Of a stretch of DNA of 41,432 nucleotides, positions 28,324 through 37,869 are shown in pieces. Numbering within the stretch: the first letter of the stretch is position 1; each line of letters starts with the position of its first letter. The translations under genes and the position numbers were made by a program. The notes below the pieces were generated by a model that did not search any database, had not been told where the DNA came from, and was given only the letters and a program-made list of their open reading frames with translations. The stretch comes from Bacteroidota bacterium (lineage in GTDB: Bacteria > Bacteroidota > Ignavibacteria > UBA10030), in the NCBI GenBank assembly GCA_050008835.1, contig JBEKLV010000003.1, positions 1 through 41,432 of the forward strand, given 5' to 3'.

Positions 28324-30060
28324 CTTCTGGTATTGATCAACAAGTGCCACAATTTCTCTGCCGAGTACATCATAAACTTTCAGTTGTACCATACTGCTTA
28401 CTGTTAACTCATAACTGATAATTGTCGTTGGATTAAATGGATTGGGATAGTTCTGATGAAGCACTAATTCTTTTGGGATTTCTGAATTTGCAGTACTAAT
28501 TCCACTGATAAGATTTGATGGTTTTAAGTATTGTGGAGTTTTTCCTGTAATGGTGGCCTTTCTTACTAAACTTTTTCCCTGTAGTGCCGACTCTGTCGTA
28601 ATATATCGATAAGCTCTGAACACGGAATTATACATGGGATATTGATCAGTAATGATCTGTTTTATTCCGTCGGTTGTGACAGGATTGATATATTCCCACA
28701 CAAGCTGAGGTGAATTTACCGTATCGCCGTATGTCACCTCAAAGAAGTGTCCCTGCGTATCAGAACAGATCAATGTATTTTTGTTAAGAAATCTCTGCTC
28801 GCTGCCACCGATCGTGCTAAAAAAGCTCTGGTCATTCTCGGAGCAGTAAATCCACACAACTTGATTGGAGATCAGTTTGTTTTGCTTCATTGCGTCGTTG
28901 TTTGGATAAATCCAGGTATAATATCCTGCCTGTGGTGGATTCACATATACGCCCGTGCTCATTTTTTGTGAATTGTAATACGGATTGACCTCAAAGATAT
29001 ACGACTGTGATGTTCTTTCGAAAAGGTATTCTCCATTATTAAATATCTGAATATTGCCTGCACCCGGCAATCCGGGTTTTATCCAGTGAACATCATGACT
29101 TCCACCAATCTGCTTGTTTCCGGTTGTTGATGTCGTCCAGTTCGCACCAATAGAAGGCGGGTTGCCTTGGTCGTATCGCGCTGGATCGCCAAAGCGGTAC
29201 AAAAAATCGCCCGCACTTGTTGCTGCCACTGCAATGCTTGCTGTTGGATTGCCTGCGATAAATGTATTGCCATGATCGATAATATAAAATTCGCCTGCAA
29301 CACAGTTGATCGCAACCTGATCGAGTGAATCATTGTAATCGATCGAGTTGCAATGCAGCCAGTCTTTCCGTAAGGGGACACCGGCAAGATTGATATTAAT
29401 TTTTCCTGGATAATCTGAAATCTTTTTTCCTTTTCCAACATAATTCGCTTTTGTTGAATCGTAATCCTGAATTACATGATCAAAGAACCACCACTCCCAG
29501 ACAACATTGCCGCTCATATCAATTTCTACGATGGCATCCATCTGAGCAATGGTATCTGCGATATTTGCAGGATTCGCGCCGGCGGCAAGTGCCTGTACAT
29601 TCGACAAGTTCTTGTTTGCTATATATAGTGTTGTATATGCCTTCAGCTTTTTGTTGTATATCCTCGTAAAGTCATGGTGCGGAAAATAGGTGGTCTTACG
29701 CTGTTCAGTATAGGACCATACCGTATTTCCATTCCAATCGAGCTCAGCAAATCCGGTAAAATTGCTAGGATCTGATTTGGTTGCATCCAATAAATCTCCA
29801 TTATCAAGCAATCGCGGATTGGTCCCGAGCTTCCATTGATTGATAATGTATCCTTCCATATCTATCAAATAAGTCCTTCCTGATGCTGCGAAAAGGGTGT
29901 ATCCATTATATGCTTTTGTCGAATCCCAATATCTCACTTCTGTTGCACCGATCATTCCCTCATCAGTCGTTTTCCGAAGCGATGTCGTGCTTTTTTGAGC
30001 GCATAGCGTTAGGGTGATAATCATTGATAAAACAAGAAGTGGGGATATTCTGAATTTCAT
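28204..30060 (-). CDS. Second aryl-sulfate sulfotransferase-family protein with T9SS CTD
   Basis: GGAG RBS before ATG 30060; signal peptide; PHHD, WLHCNSID, GDFLYRFG, SHDVHW; CTD. Confidence 0.78.
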   Translation of the reverse strand: MKFRISPLLVLSMIITLTLCAQKSTTSLRKTTDEGMIGATEVRYWDSTKAYNGYTLFAASGRTYLIDMEGYIINQWKLGTNPRLLDNGDLLDATKSDPSNFTGFAELDWNGNTVWSYTEQRKTTYFPHHDFTRIYNKKLKAYTTLYIANKNLSNVQALAAGANPANIADTIAQMDAIVEIDMSGNVVWEWWFFDHVIQDYDSTKANYVGKGKKISDYPGKININLAGVPLRKDWLHCNSIDYNDSLDQVAINCVAGEFYIIDHGNTFIAGNPTASIAVAATSAGDFLYRFGDPARYDQGNPPSIGANWTTSTTGNKQIGGSHDVHWIKPGLPGAGNIQIFNNGEYLFERTSQSYIFEVNPYYNSQKMSTGVYVNPPQAGYYTWIYPNNDAMKQNKLISNQVVWIYCSENDQSFFSTIGGSEQRFLNKNTLICSDTQGHFFEVTYGDTVNSPQLVWEYINPVTTDGIKQIITDQYPMYNSVFRAYRYITTESALQGKSLVRKATITGKTPQYLKPSNLISGISTANSEIPKELVLHQNYPNPFNPTTIISYELTVSSMVQLKVYDVLGREIVALVDQYQKPGMYTVSFDSQKYSLSSGIYFYRLAAGNYSKLMKMICLK

Positions 30061-30097
30061 TATATCATCTCCATTATAATGATAAGTTCCTAACATT

Positions 30098-31765
30098 TTA
30101 TTTTATGAGCATCATTTTCATTGTTGACCGATACGATCCGGTCGAGAGTGTACAGAAATATAAACCGCTTCCTGCAGTGTGAGCGTCCCATGTGGCAGCG
30201 TACGTTCCCGGACTTTTTATTCCATCAACCAGTCTTGCCACTTCCTGACCAAGGGTACTATAGATCGTGATAGTAACCCGCGAAGATTGTGGTACTGTAT
30301 ATCGAATTGTTGTAGTTGGATTAAACGGATTGGGATAGTTCTGGCTTAAAGTAAATTTATTCGGGACTGGATTGAGATCAATGACATCTGTCGTGCTAGC
30401 TGTTTTAACGATAGTATAAGAATGACTGATGTCCCGGTTATGGATCTGAGTATTCTCTTCGCTCGGAAGATACGTTCTGATATACTTTATTGCTGTGCTG
30501 GTGTCTGTCACGTTTACTAACAGGTAACCTCGGCTCGGAATGATGACGCCGTTGACATACCCGTATTGAGCAGCGGAATTACTAGTGTAACTTCTTGCGG
30601 AAGGTTGTGGTACTTCCTGATACACAATTCCATCTTTATCCTGTTTTCCGTAAAAATGGTCATGCCCGTGAAAGAAAATGGTTACATTATTTTCGAGCAT
30701 CAACGTATGAATCAGTTTCTGCCAGCCGGTGCGATATATATCAAATCCCCACGTGGAATCAGCATTTCTTCCCCCATGTTCAAAGAAAGGTGCAAATTCA
30801 ATTCCTCCTCTTCCATCGTTGCCGTTTCCACCGATCAATTGATGACAGAAGACAAATTTGAATTTTGCCTTGCTTGCAGACAAGACAGTTTTGAGCCAAT
30901 TATACTGATCGACCCCGAGCGTCCAACCCCAATCCGGTTTAGATTTTGTATACCAAAACGGATCGAGCACAATGAATAATGCGCTTCCCCATTCCCATGA
31001 ATAATAATTTTGACGTAGGCCGACAAATGCTTCATTCGTAGAATTTCCCGAGTAAAAATTATCCGGCACCGGGTTAGGATAATATTTTATTCGTGTATTC
31101 GAAGCCATCACAGGAAGATTGTTTGCTGTTCCATCCAGAAGCCAACCGAGCTCGCCTTCGTGATTGCCGATGACTAAATACAGTGGAATGCTATGACAGA
31201 TTAAATCATAATAAGAACGGAGAAGCAAATGACGAATGGTAATGCTGTCCTGCGTTGGATTTTGAAGCTTTTCCGACATAAATGTGTCGCCTAAGTCGAT
31301 GAGAAAATCAGGACTTTCCAAAAGGATATTTTGAAGTGTGAGCGCATACACAGCAGGATTTGAGTTTTCATCGAGATGTGGATCTGCTTCAATGGCAAAT
31401 ACAAACGTGCTTCCTGATGGCCGTTGTGTGTGAAAGCTATGACTGGTTCGGGTAAGAAAATTTATCGTTCCGCCCTGCCGGTATCTCATTCTATAATAAT
31501 ATTTTGTATCAGGATTTAAATTACTGATAACAAAAACAAAAGGGAGACTATCGATACAGCTTTTTACACTCGTCTGATTGAGGTAATTGAGAGAATCGGT
31601 TCCATATTCATAGTACACATCCAAATCTTTATTTGCACAAGCGTGAATTGTCACCGAGGTGTTAGTCGGTCTTCCCAACAATTCATTACAAATAAACTGA
31701 ACTTGCGCACTGCATAGTGCCAGATGCAAAATAATTATCAATGCAGTAGTTACAATTATTCTCAT
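30098..31765 (-). CDS. Purple-acid-phosphatase-like metallophosphoesterase (FN3 + calcineurin-like) with T9SS CTD
   Basis: NLNPDTKYYY FN3 motif; ADPH, LGD, GNHE and GHDH metal ligands; CTD. Confidence 0.85.
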   Translation of the reverse strand: MRIIVTTALIIILHLALCSAQVQFICNELLGRPTNTSVTIHACANKDLDVYYEYGTDSLNYLNQTSVKSCIDSLPFVFVISNLNPDTKYYYRMRYRQGGTINFLTRTSHSFHTQRPSGSTFVFAIEADPHLDENSNPAVYALTLQNILLESPDFLIDLGDTFMSEKLQNPTQDSITIRHLLLRSYYDLICHSIPLYLVIGNHEGELGWLLDGTANNLPVMASNTRIKYYPNPVPDNFYSGNSTNEAFVGLRQNYYSWEWGSALFIVLDPFWYTKSKPDWGWTLGVDQYNWLKTVLSASKAKFKFVFCHQLIGGNGNDGRGGIEFAPFFEHGGRNADSTWGFDIYRTGWQKLIHTLMLENNVTIFFHGHDHFYGKQDKDGIVYQEVPQPSARSYTSNSAAQYGYVNGVIIPSRGYLLVNVTDTSTAIKYIRTYLPSEENTQIHNRDISHSYTIVKTASTTDVIDLNPVPNKFTLSQNYPNPFNPTTTIRYTVPQSSRVTITIYSTLGQEVARLVDGIKSPGTYAATWDAHTAGSGLYFCTLSTGSYRSTMKMMLIK

Positions 31766-31784
31766 GATTTCACTTTAGCGTAAA

Positions 31785-31877
31785 TTACTTTATAAGAATT
31801 GCTTTCTTCAAAATCATGCCAGGAATTTGGCAATAAACCCTAATTGATGTGCGTTCAGCACTAGGCCTCGTTCGCAT
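31785..31877 (-). pseudogene. 30-aa micro-ORF ending like a T9SS CTD (probable deletion relic)
   Basis: MRTRPSAERTSIRVYCQIPGMILKKAILIK*, with AAAGG upstream of the ATG. Confidence 0.4.
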
Positions 31878-31923
31878 TCAAGCGCCTTTCATGAAATATA
31901 AAAAGTTATTCTACTTCAGGTTT

Positions 31924-31950
31924 GACGACGTTTCTAAGAATAGCTTGCGG
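31924..31950 (-). promoter_or_regulatory. Putative ECF-sigma promoter of the T9SS cargo operon
   Basis: Minus strand CCGCAAG-N16-CGTC; same spacing as the motif before the sigma gene. Confidence 0.65.
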
Positions 31951-32039
31951 GGAGAAGCAGGTGTTTATTGGGAATGTGACATGGATCAAAACCACTTTTG
32001 TTCATCTGCTTGATGAATGGAAGATTGTTTTTGAAATGT

Positions 32040-32891
32040 TTAATGGGGGATGTGTTTTTCTCGATTTTTGATCATATTCTCAAATTCTTTTTTCTGATCC
32101 GGATTTAAAATTCGCATAATACAATCATCTTCTTCTTTATGAATCTTGTCTTTCTCGAGTTCAAATTCAGAAGGAGATGGCCGGGATTTCATTTTAAAAG
32201 CTTCCTCCTTTGTCCGCGTGGAAATGAAAATATCGTTAACTTTCTTTATCTGATCAGAAGTAAGAGATAATCGTTCCGTATATCGATGGAGTTTTTCATC
32301 CTTCGAGGGAGGCGTGTTTCTCTCCTCCGGTCGCGGGGGCCTATTTTCTTCAACACCAGGCTTCATCTTTGGTTTTTCACCTATTCGTTGTTCAGGAGGT
32401 CTTCGTTCCGGATTTTCAACAGGTACCTTTTTGCCGAATACCTCTCTTAAAATCGGCTGCAATTTTTCTCTCTGCTCGGGATTGCAAATTTGGACCAGAG
32501 CCTTAAAATGTTCAAAGCGCATTTTTTCAACCTGGGATTGAAGAATCCCAATTTGCACTGCGATCGAATCGGCGAGTTTCTGATCTGACTGCGGATCAAA
32601 TATTTTGTCTACCAAGCGGAGTTTTAAATCATCAAGTTCATCGTTAATCTTTTTTGTTTTTTTCATATGGTCGCTGCGCATTTGCTGGAACTTGTTGACC
32701 TGCTCATCGGAAAGACCGATTTCGCGCTGCAGAAGTTGCACAGAGCCAGACGGCGAGCCGTCTGATTCTTTCGGGTAAGATGTGACTGTTCGTTCCTTTT
32801 GCAACCAGACCATCGTGAGTGATAGAAGGTTCAATACAATTAAAATTGAGATGACCCAACCGATAAATTTGTTCTGCTTTATCATATCCAT
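32040..32891 (-). CDS. Membrane-anchored Spy/CpxP/ZraP-like periplasmic heavy-metal-sensor protein
   Basis: TM with LIVLNL; LSDEQ/CNPEQ and LTSDQ/LNPDQ LTxxQ-type motifs; Pro-rich linker. Confidence 0.75.
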   Translation of the reverse strand: MDMIKQNKFIGWVISILIVLNLLSLTMVWLQKERTVTSYPKESDGSPSGSVQLLQREIGLSDEQVNKFQQMRSDHMKKTKKINDELDDLKLRLVDKIFDPQSDQKLADSIAVQIGILQSQVEKMRFEHFKALVQICNPEQREKLQPILREVFGKKVPVENPERRPPEQRIGEKPKMKPGVEENRPPRPEERNTPPSKDEKLHRYTERLSLTSDQIKKVNDIFISTRTKEEAFKMKSRPSPSEFELEKDKIHKEEDDCIMRILNPDQKKEFENMIKNREKHIPH

Positions 32892-32892
32892 T

Positions 32893-33210
32893 TTAGTTTT
32901 CCAGTAAGGTATCGTTTTGTGTAGAGTTATAATCCTGACTCAACGAGAAAACCAGTTGATCCTTTAAAGATTTTTCTTTTTCTGCAAAGACATACACTGC
33001 CGAGAGGATATTAAGAATGATGATGATAGACAATACAAGGGGTTTGAGGTCTATATTTTTTAGCATGTGAATAAAACCGGGAGCTTGTTTCGAAGTAAGT
33101 ATTGCCTGTAGCCGCGTGAAGAGATATGGATTCGGTTCGAGCTTCGGCAGTTGATCGTATGTCTGCATTGTTTTTTCAACTTGATCCAGGATCAATTTTT
33201 CTTTTCCCAT
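32893..33210 (-). CDS. Putative single-pass anti-sigma factor
   Basis: Small protein with PNPYLFTRL and one TM, immediately after the ECF sigma. Confidence 0.6.
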   Translation of the reverse strand: MGKEKLILDQVEKTMQTYDQLPKLEPNPYLFTRLQAILTSKQAPGFIHMLKNIDLKPLVLSIIIILNILSAVYVFAEKEKSLKDQLVFSLSQDYNSTQNDTLLEN

Positions 33211-33228
33211 GAAGTTTACGGTGCGTTG

Positions 33229-33807
33229 TTATAGATGTTCATTATAAAACTGGTATAACTTTTTCTTCAAATTAAATTTTGCCCGAAAAATTAATGACTC
33301 AATCGATGGAATCGTTGTATCCAGTATATCTGCAATTTCTTGATAACTTAATTCATCATATTTACTTAACGTAAATGCTACTTTCTGGTTTTCCGGTAAA
33401 GATTCAATGGCCCATGAGAGCACTTTTATTCTTTCTTCGTTTTCCAGCATCTGCTGCGGATTAGGAAGAGTGGAGGTCAAAACAACTTCTTCATGCTCAT
33501 CATCAGAATAAATACTTTTCAGAAAACCGAATCTTTTTTTTCTCTTGAGGCTCTTGATATGATCCAATGATTTTGTTATCGCAATTCTATACAGCCACGT
33601 TGAGAAACTCGATAGCAGTTTGAAACTTTTAATAGATCTGTGAACTTCAATAAAAACTTCTTGAGTCAAGTCTTCGGCGATTTCTCTGTTTCTCACGAAC
33701 CTGAAACAGCAATTTAAAACAAGTGTTTGATATTGATCAACTATCAAACGATAAGCACCCTCGTCTCCATTCCTTAATGAACGTACGAGATCAATTTCTT
33801 CCATCAA
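33229..33807 (-). CDS. ECF RNA polymerase sigma factor
   Basis: AEDLTQEVF, FSTWLYRIA, LPENQK, LSYQEIA, SLIFRAK. Start TTG 33807 or ATG 33804. Confidence 0.95.
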   Translation of the reverse strand: MMEEIDLVRSLRNGDEGAYRLIVDQYQTLVLNCCFRFVRNREIAEDLTQEVFIEVHRSIKSFKLLSSFSTWLYRIAITKSLDHIKSLKRKKRFGFLKSIYSDDEHEEVVLTSTLPNPQQMLENEERIKVLSWAIESLPENQKVAFTLSKYDELSYQEIADILDTTIPSIESLIFRAKFNLKKKLYQFYNEHL

Positions 33808-33828
33808 TTCGCTGTTCTAATGTTATTG

Positions 33829-33855
33829 GACGATATTAATATAGAAAACCTGCGG
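33829..33855 (-). promoter_or_regulatory. Putative autoregulatory ECF promoter
   Basis: Minus strand CCGCAGG-N16-CGTC, about 22 nt before the sigma start. CGTC is a common ECF -10 core. Confidence 0.65.
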
Positions 33856-34126
33856 TTATAAGAAAATAATTTGAGAGTTGCCGTTAATTCATATGATAAT
33901 TTGATGAATCCGTTTATCTAACGGTTTAAGTATTTGCTCAGAGAAAACATAATTTAGAAGACCTTTGACCGCATCAACAGAGGAATATCGAGTTATTATT
34001 CTTAATAAATGCATGGTTTCGCGGTACAATACTTTATACGTTATCTTGGATATATGAAGTGACACCAAGATGTAAATATGGATTTGCCTTGAATAAAGCG
34101 AAATGATTGGAAAATCGCGGTGGTTA

Positions 34127-35968
34127 TTATTCCCCATGAGCCGATATTTTTACAAATTCTTCCAACCCCCTTACAATTTGTTCTGCCACTTTATTCCTAA
34201 ATCCATTGTCTAATAAAAGCATTTCATCTTCTGGATTAGAAAGAAAAGCAGTTTCCACTAATACATTTGGAAGTTGCGTAAGCGAGTTGAGTGTAAAGTT
34301 GAAACTGCCCACCTCGCCAAAGGGTTTTAGTCCGATAACGAGCATCTTATCATACATAATATCGGCAAGTGGTTTGAATCCAATTGATCGGTAGTAAGTG
34401 CTGACTCCTCGGAGTGCAATTGGATCGGATGCATCGCCGGCAGAATTGCAGTGAATGCTTACCAGGAGACGCGCATTGGAACGAATGATTTTATCAATAC
34501 GCTCAGACATTGCCGGAACGTCATTCTCCGTCCGCGTGAGAACAACATGAGCACACTTGGAAGTGAGAATGGTCTCAACATGACGCGCCATCGAAATAGT
34601 CATATCTTTTTCAAGTACACCGGTTGCGCCAATAGCACCATGGTTTTCGCCGCCATGTCCTGCATCAACAGCAATAATGAGCCCAGAAAGAACTGAATCG
34701 GGCGAAGCAATCACAGGCGGTCTGCGAATTTTTATTTGCAGCGAGTTGCCAGCATAATCAATATCGTATCCCCAATGCGAATGAAGCAGATCGATAATAA
34801 TGCGGTACTGATCGACGGCAACTTGCTTCCACGTGATGCTTTCTATTCCTTTTACGAAACGTGATTGCGAAATCCAATTTGTGTTTGATGTTGCGCCATA
34901 GACATCTACAGCGATTGCGCTGGGATTAACCAACGCTTCACTGCTGTATGGAAGTTTTTCGGAAAGCGTAAGCGTGACAATGTCTTCTGAGCCGTTGCTT
35001 GTTGCAGAGATGGCTCCGGCGAGCGCTCGCGGCAGCGGCGTATCTGGCGGTAAAAGTTTTGCGAATTCTTCTGGCAGCCATGCTTCCATAGACGCAGAAA
35101 GCTTAATGCGATATTGCGAGCCGACCTTACCGGTGATCTCAACTCGAATTCCTTCTTGGATAAATCCCAGCTTCGATCCACCAAGACGATCTTCGCCAAG
35201 TCCGGCATTGAGATAGGGACGCTTGCCCACAACTTCTGCAACGCACGGCAGTTCTTTTGGAAAAATAGATATTTTTGCTTTAGACGAAACCTTTTCACTG
35301 CTCCAGAAACTTTTCTTAAGGCGGAACTTGATTTGCACATCTCGTGCTTCATCTGTCGGCTTCACTATGTAGCGGCCAGTGTAGATGCCTGTAAATCCGC
35401 CGCCTTCGCTCGGTGAAAGTTCGCGCATTGGAATACCTGATTCGACGTCCGGTATATCAAATGAAGCTTCCCACCCGGGGCTTCCTTTAAACTTCACTTC
35501 CAATACATCACCGGATGTAAGCCACATGTCTTCTGCCGGTGCCATCATCGCTTGTTCGATAACGAGCGTATCGTGCGGTGAGTTCTTCATCGGCTCCGGA
35601 CGGATGATGACGAATTCTTTCCACAATGAATCTCCTGCTATAGCCTTTACAGTGAAACGAAAAGTATTGGTATCGACGTTTATATATAAAAGGTCAACAA
35701 ACGCACCGCTTGCATAAACTTTTGTCTGCTTGCCATTGATGAATGCCTTCGCATCCGGTCGTGTGCAAGCGGCAATCCGATAATGAGAAGCAAATGTCCG
35801 CACAGTATCCTTTTCTGGTCGCTGCACCTGCAAGAAAAGCGTATCTTTCTTCATGTTGACTTGTATTTGCGGCGGCAGTTGGGCTGTGTCAACTTTGCTT
35901 TGAGCCAAGAGACTTGATGTAAAGAATAATGTTGTGATGATTAAACGAAGCACGAAGTTACCCGACAT
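34127..35968 (-). CDS. N-acetylmuramoyl-L-alanine amidase (Amidase_3) with N-terminal accessory domains
   Basis: Signal peptide; VDAGHGG, EKD, VSIHCN, VLVETAFLSN. Confidence 0.88.
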   Translation of the reverse strand: MSGNFVLRLIITTLFFTSSLLAQSKVDTAQLPPQIQVNMKKDTLFLQVQRPEKDTVRTFASHYRIAACTRPDAKAFINGKQTKVYASGAFVDLLYINVDTNTFRFTVKAIAGDSLWKEFVIIRPEPMKNSPHDTLVIEQAMMAPAEDMWLTSGDVLEVKFKGSPGWEASFDIPDVESGIPMRELSPSEGGGFTGIYTGRYIVKPTDEARDVQIKFRLKKSFWSSEKVSSKAKISIFPKELPCVAEVVGKRPYLNAGLGEDRLGGSKLGFIQEGIRVEITGKVGSQYRIKLSASMEAWLPEEFAKLLPPDTPLPRALAGAISATSNGSEDIVTLTLSEKLPYSSEALVNPSAIAVDVYGATSNTNWISQSRFVKGIESITWKQVAVDQYRIIIDLLHSHWGYDIDYAGNSLQIKIRRPPVIASPDSVLSGLIIAVDAGHGGENHGAIGATGVLEKDMTISMARHVETILTSKCAHVVLTRTENDVPAMSERIDKIIRSNARLLVSIHCNSAGDASDPIALRGVSTYYRSIGFKPLADIMYDKMLVIGLKPFGEVGSFNFTLNSLTQLPNVLVETAFLSNPEDEMLLLDNGFRNKVAEQIVRGLEEFVKISAHGE

Positions 35969-36031
35969 TGATATGAATACTTAGTATTAATCAATCAAGA
36001 AATGGGATGAAATTCAAGTTCTTCTTGCAAC

Positions 36032-36060
36032 AAAAAAGCCGATGGCAATAGCTATCGACT
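36032..36060 (-). terminator. Rho-independent terminator after argG
   Basis: Minus strand AGTCGATAGC-TATT-GCCATCGGCT followed by a T-run. Confidence 0.6.
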
Positions 36061-36087
36061 TAAATTAGTACAAATGTAATCTTTCTA

Positions 36088-37305
36088 CTATTTTTTCTTC
36101 TTCAGTAAGCCCCTGTTCACCTGGTAAAATGTTTTTATCGGTAAGCCATAGATTTTTATGAAGCCAACACTTGCTTTGTGGTCGAACGAATCTTCTTCTG
36201 TGTATGTTGCCAGCTTCGTATCGTAAAGCGAAGACGACGACTTGCGTCCTGCAATATCGAGATTGCCTTTATATAGTTTCACTTTCACTAGCCCGGAAAC
36301 TACCTTTTGAGTTTCATTTACAAACGCATCCATTGCAACACGGAGAGGCGTGAACCACAAGCCATTGTAAATCATATCGGCGTAATCGTTGGCAAGTTTG
36401 GCTTTGAAGTGTGCGGTGTCTTTGTCAAGCACGAGACGTTCAAGTTCGCGGTGGGCAAAGTGAAGAACTGTCGCCGCTGGTGCTTCATACACCTCGCGGG
36501 ATTTAATACCGACAAGGCGATTCTCAACAAGATCAAGTCTTCCTACACCATTTGCTCCGGCAATTTCATTGAGTCGGTCAATTAGTTCAACACCGCTCAT
36601 TTTCTTGCCGTTCAATGCAACCGGAACACCGAGCTTAAATTCAATTGTGACGTATGTTGGTTTATCTGGCGCTAAATTTGCAGGCACAGTACGTTGATAA
36701 GCATCGGCAGGCGGCTCGACCATCGGATCTTCTAATACACCGCATTCAATTGCGGTGCCCCAAAGATTTTCATCGATAGAATATGGATTCTTCTTTGTTG
36801 CGGAAACGGGAATGCCATGTTTCTCGCAGTACGCAATTTCTTCTTCACGCGATTTGAATTCCCATTCACGCACAGGCGCCAGCACTTTTAATTCCGGGGC
36901 GAGTGCAGCAACAGAAACTTCAAAACGAACCTGATCGTTTCCTTTTCCAGTGCAGCCATGCGCAACCGCAGTGCATCCTTCTTTTAATGCAACTTCAACT
37001 AAGGATTTTGCTAACAGCGGGCGGCCTATTGCTGTTGCCATCGGATAATTGTATTCGTAGAGTGCGCCGGCTTTGAGCGATGGCCAAATATATTCTTCCA
37101 CAAATTCCTTCCGTAGATCTTGAACGTAGGCTTTCTTTGCACCGGTCTTGAGCGCTTTTTCTTTTACGCCTACTATTTCTTTCTTCTGCCCTAAATTTCC
37201 GGTAACAGTGATAATCTCCGCATTGTATTTTTCTTGCAGCCATTTCACAATGACCGATGTATCAAGTCCGCCGGAATATGCAACAGCGATTCGTTCTTTT
37301 TTCAA
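36088..37305 (-). CDS. argG: Argininosuccinate synthase
   Basis: [33 protein letters not shown]; TTG start with AGGAG RBS. Confidence 0.96.
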   Translation of the reverse strand: MKKERIAVAYSGGLDTSVIVKWLQEKYNAEIITVTGNLGQKKEIVGVKEKALKTGAKKAYVQDLRKEFVEEYIWPSLKAGALYEYNYPMATAIGRPLLAKSLVEVALKEGCTAVAHGCTGKGNDQVRFEVSVAALAPELKVLAPVREWEFKSREEEIAYCEKHGIPVSATKKNPYSIDENLWGTAIECGVLEDPMVEPPADAYQRTVPANLAPDKPTYVTIEFKLGVPVALNGKKMSGVELIDRLNEIAGANGVGRLDLVENRLVGIKSREVYEAPAATVLHFAHRELERLVLDKDTAHFKAKLANDYADMIYNGLWFTPLRVAMDAFVNETQKVVSGLVKVKLYKGNLDIAGRKSSSSLYDTKLATYTEEDSFDHKASVGFIKIYGLPIKTFYQVNRGLLKKKK

Positions 37306-37332
37306 TGTAATTCTCCTATTTTTCTTTCATAT

Positions 37333-37346
37333 CGCATGAATATTCA
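37333..37346 (-). promoter_or_regulatory. Putative internal ARG box before argG
   Basis: TGAATATTCATGCG matches the TGMAT-N4-ATKCA core. Confidence 0.5.
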
Positions 37347-37402
37347 ATCGTGTTTAAATTCAACAACCTATATACTTATATTTTCAAGGAGCACGTTTGT
37401 AT

Positions 37403-37858
37403 TTATACTTGTTTTGTTTTTTCAAGAACGCTGCGGATTGCACTGATGGTTTCTTTAATCTTCTTGATCGAACGTGGAAGAACGAACACTGTGTTGTCGC
37501 CCGCAAGCGTACCAAGCACCGATGGGAGATGAAGATGGTCTATGATTTCTGCAACACCCTGCGCTCGTCCGGGTAGAGTTTTAATTACCACCATGCTTTC
37601 GTTTGATTCAATCTGTTCAATTTCAAAACCGATGAGTGTTGTTAGGCGTTCTTCTTCCTGTTCCGGGCTGAGCATATATTTTGCGCCGTTTGGTGTATAA
37701 ACCCATGCAATGCCAAGCTCTTTCATATCTCGCGAGAGAGTCGCCTGTGTGGTTTTATAACCTTCTTTCCGCATTGCCGATGCTAATTCACTTTGCGTGG
37801 TTATTGCACGGCTGGCGAGAATTTGTTTGATTGCTAAATGACGTTGTTGTTTTTCCAT
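37403..37858 (-). CDS. argR: Arginine repressor
   Basis: TQATLSRD, KTLPG, GTLAGDNT. Confidence 0.94.
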   Translation of the reverse strand: MEKQQRHLAIKQILASRAITTQSELASAMRKEGYKTTQATLSRDMKELGIAWVYTPNGAKYMLSPEQEEERLTTLIGFEIEQIESNESMVVIKTLPGRAQGVAEIIDHLHLPSVLGTLAGDNTVFVLPRSIKKIKETISAIRSVLEKTKQV

Positions 37859-37869
37859 ATTTGTATCCC

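Noticed and set aside
33889-34137. 82-aa ORF between the amidase and the sigma
   Set aside because: No recognisable motif or RBS, it overlaps the amidase stop, and the region is AT-rich. Probably non-coding, though not excluded.
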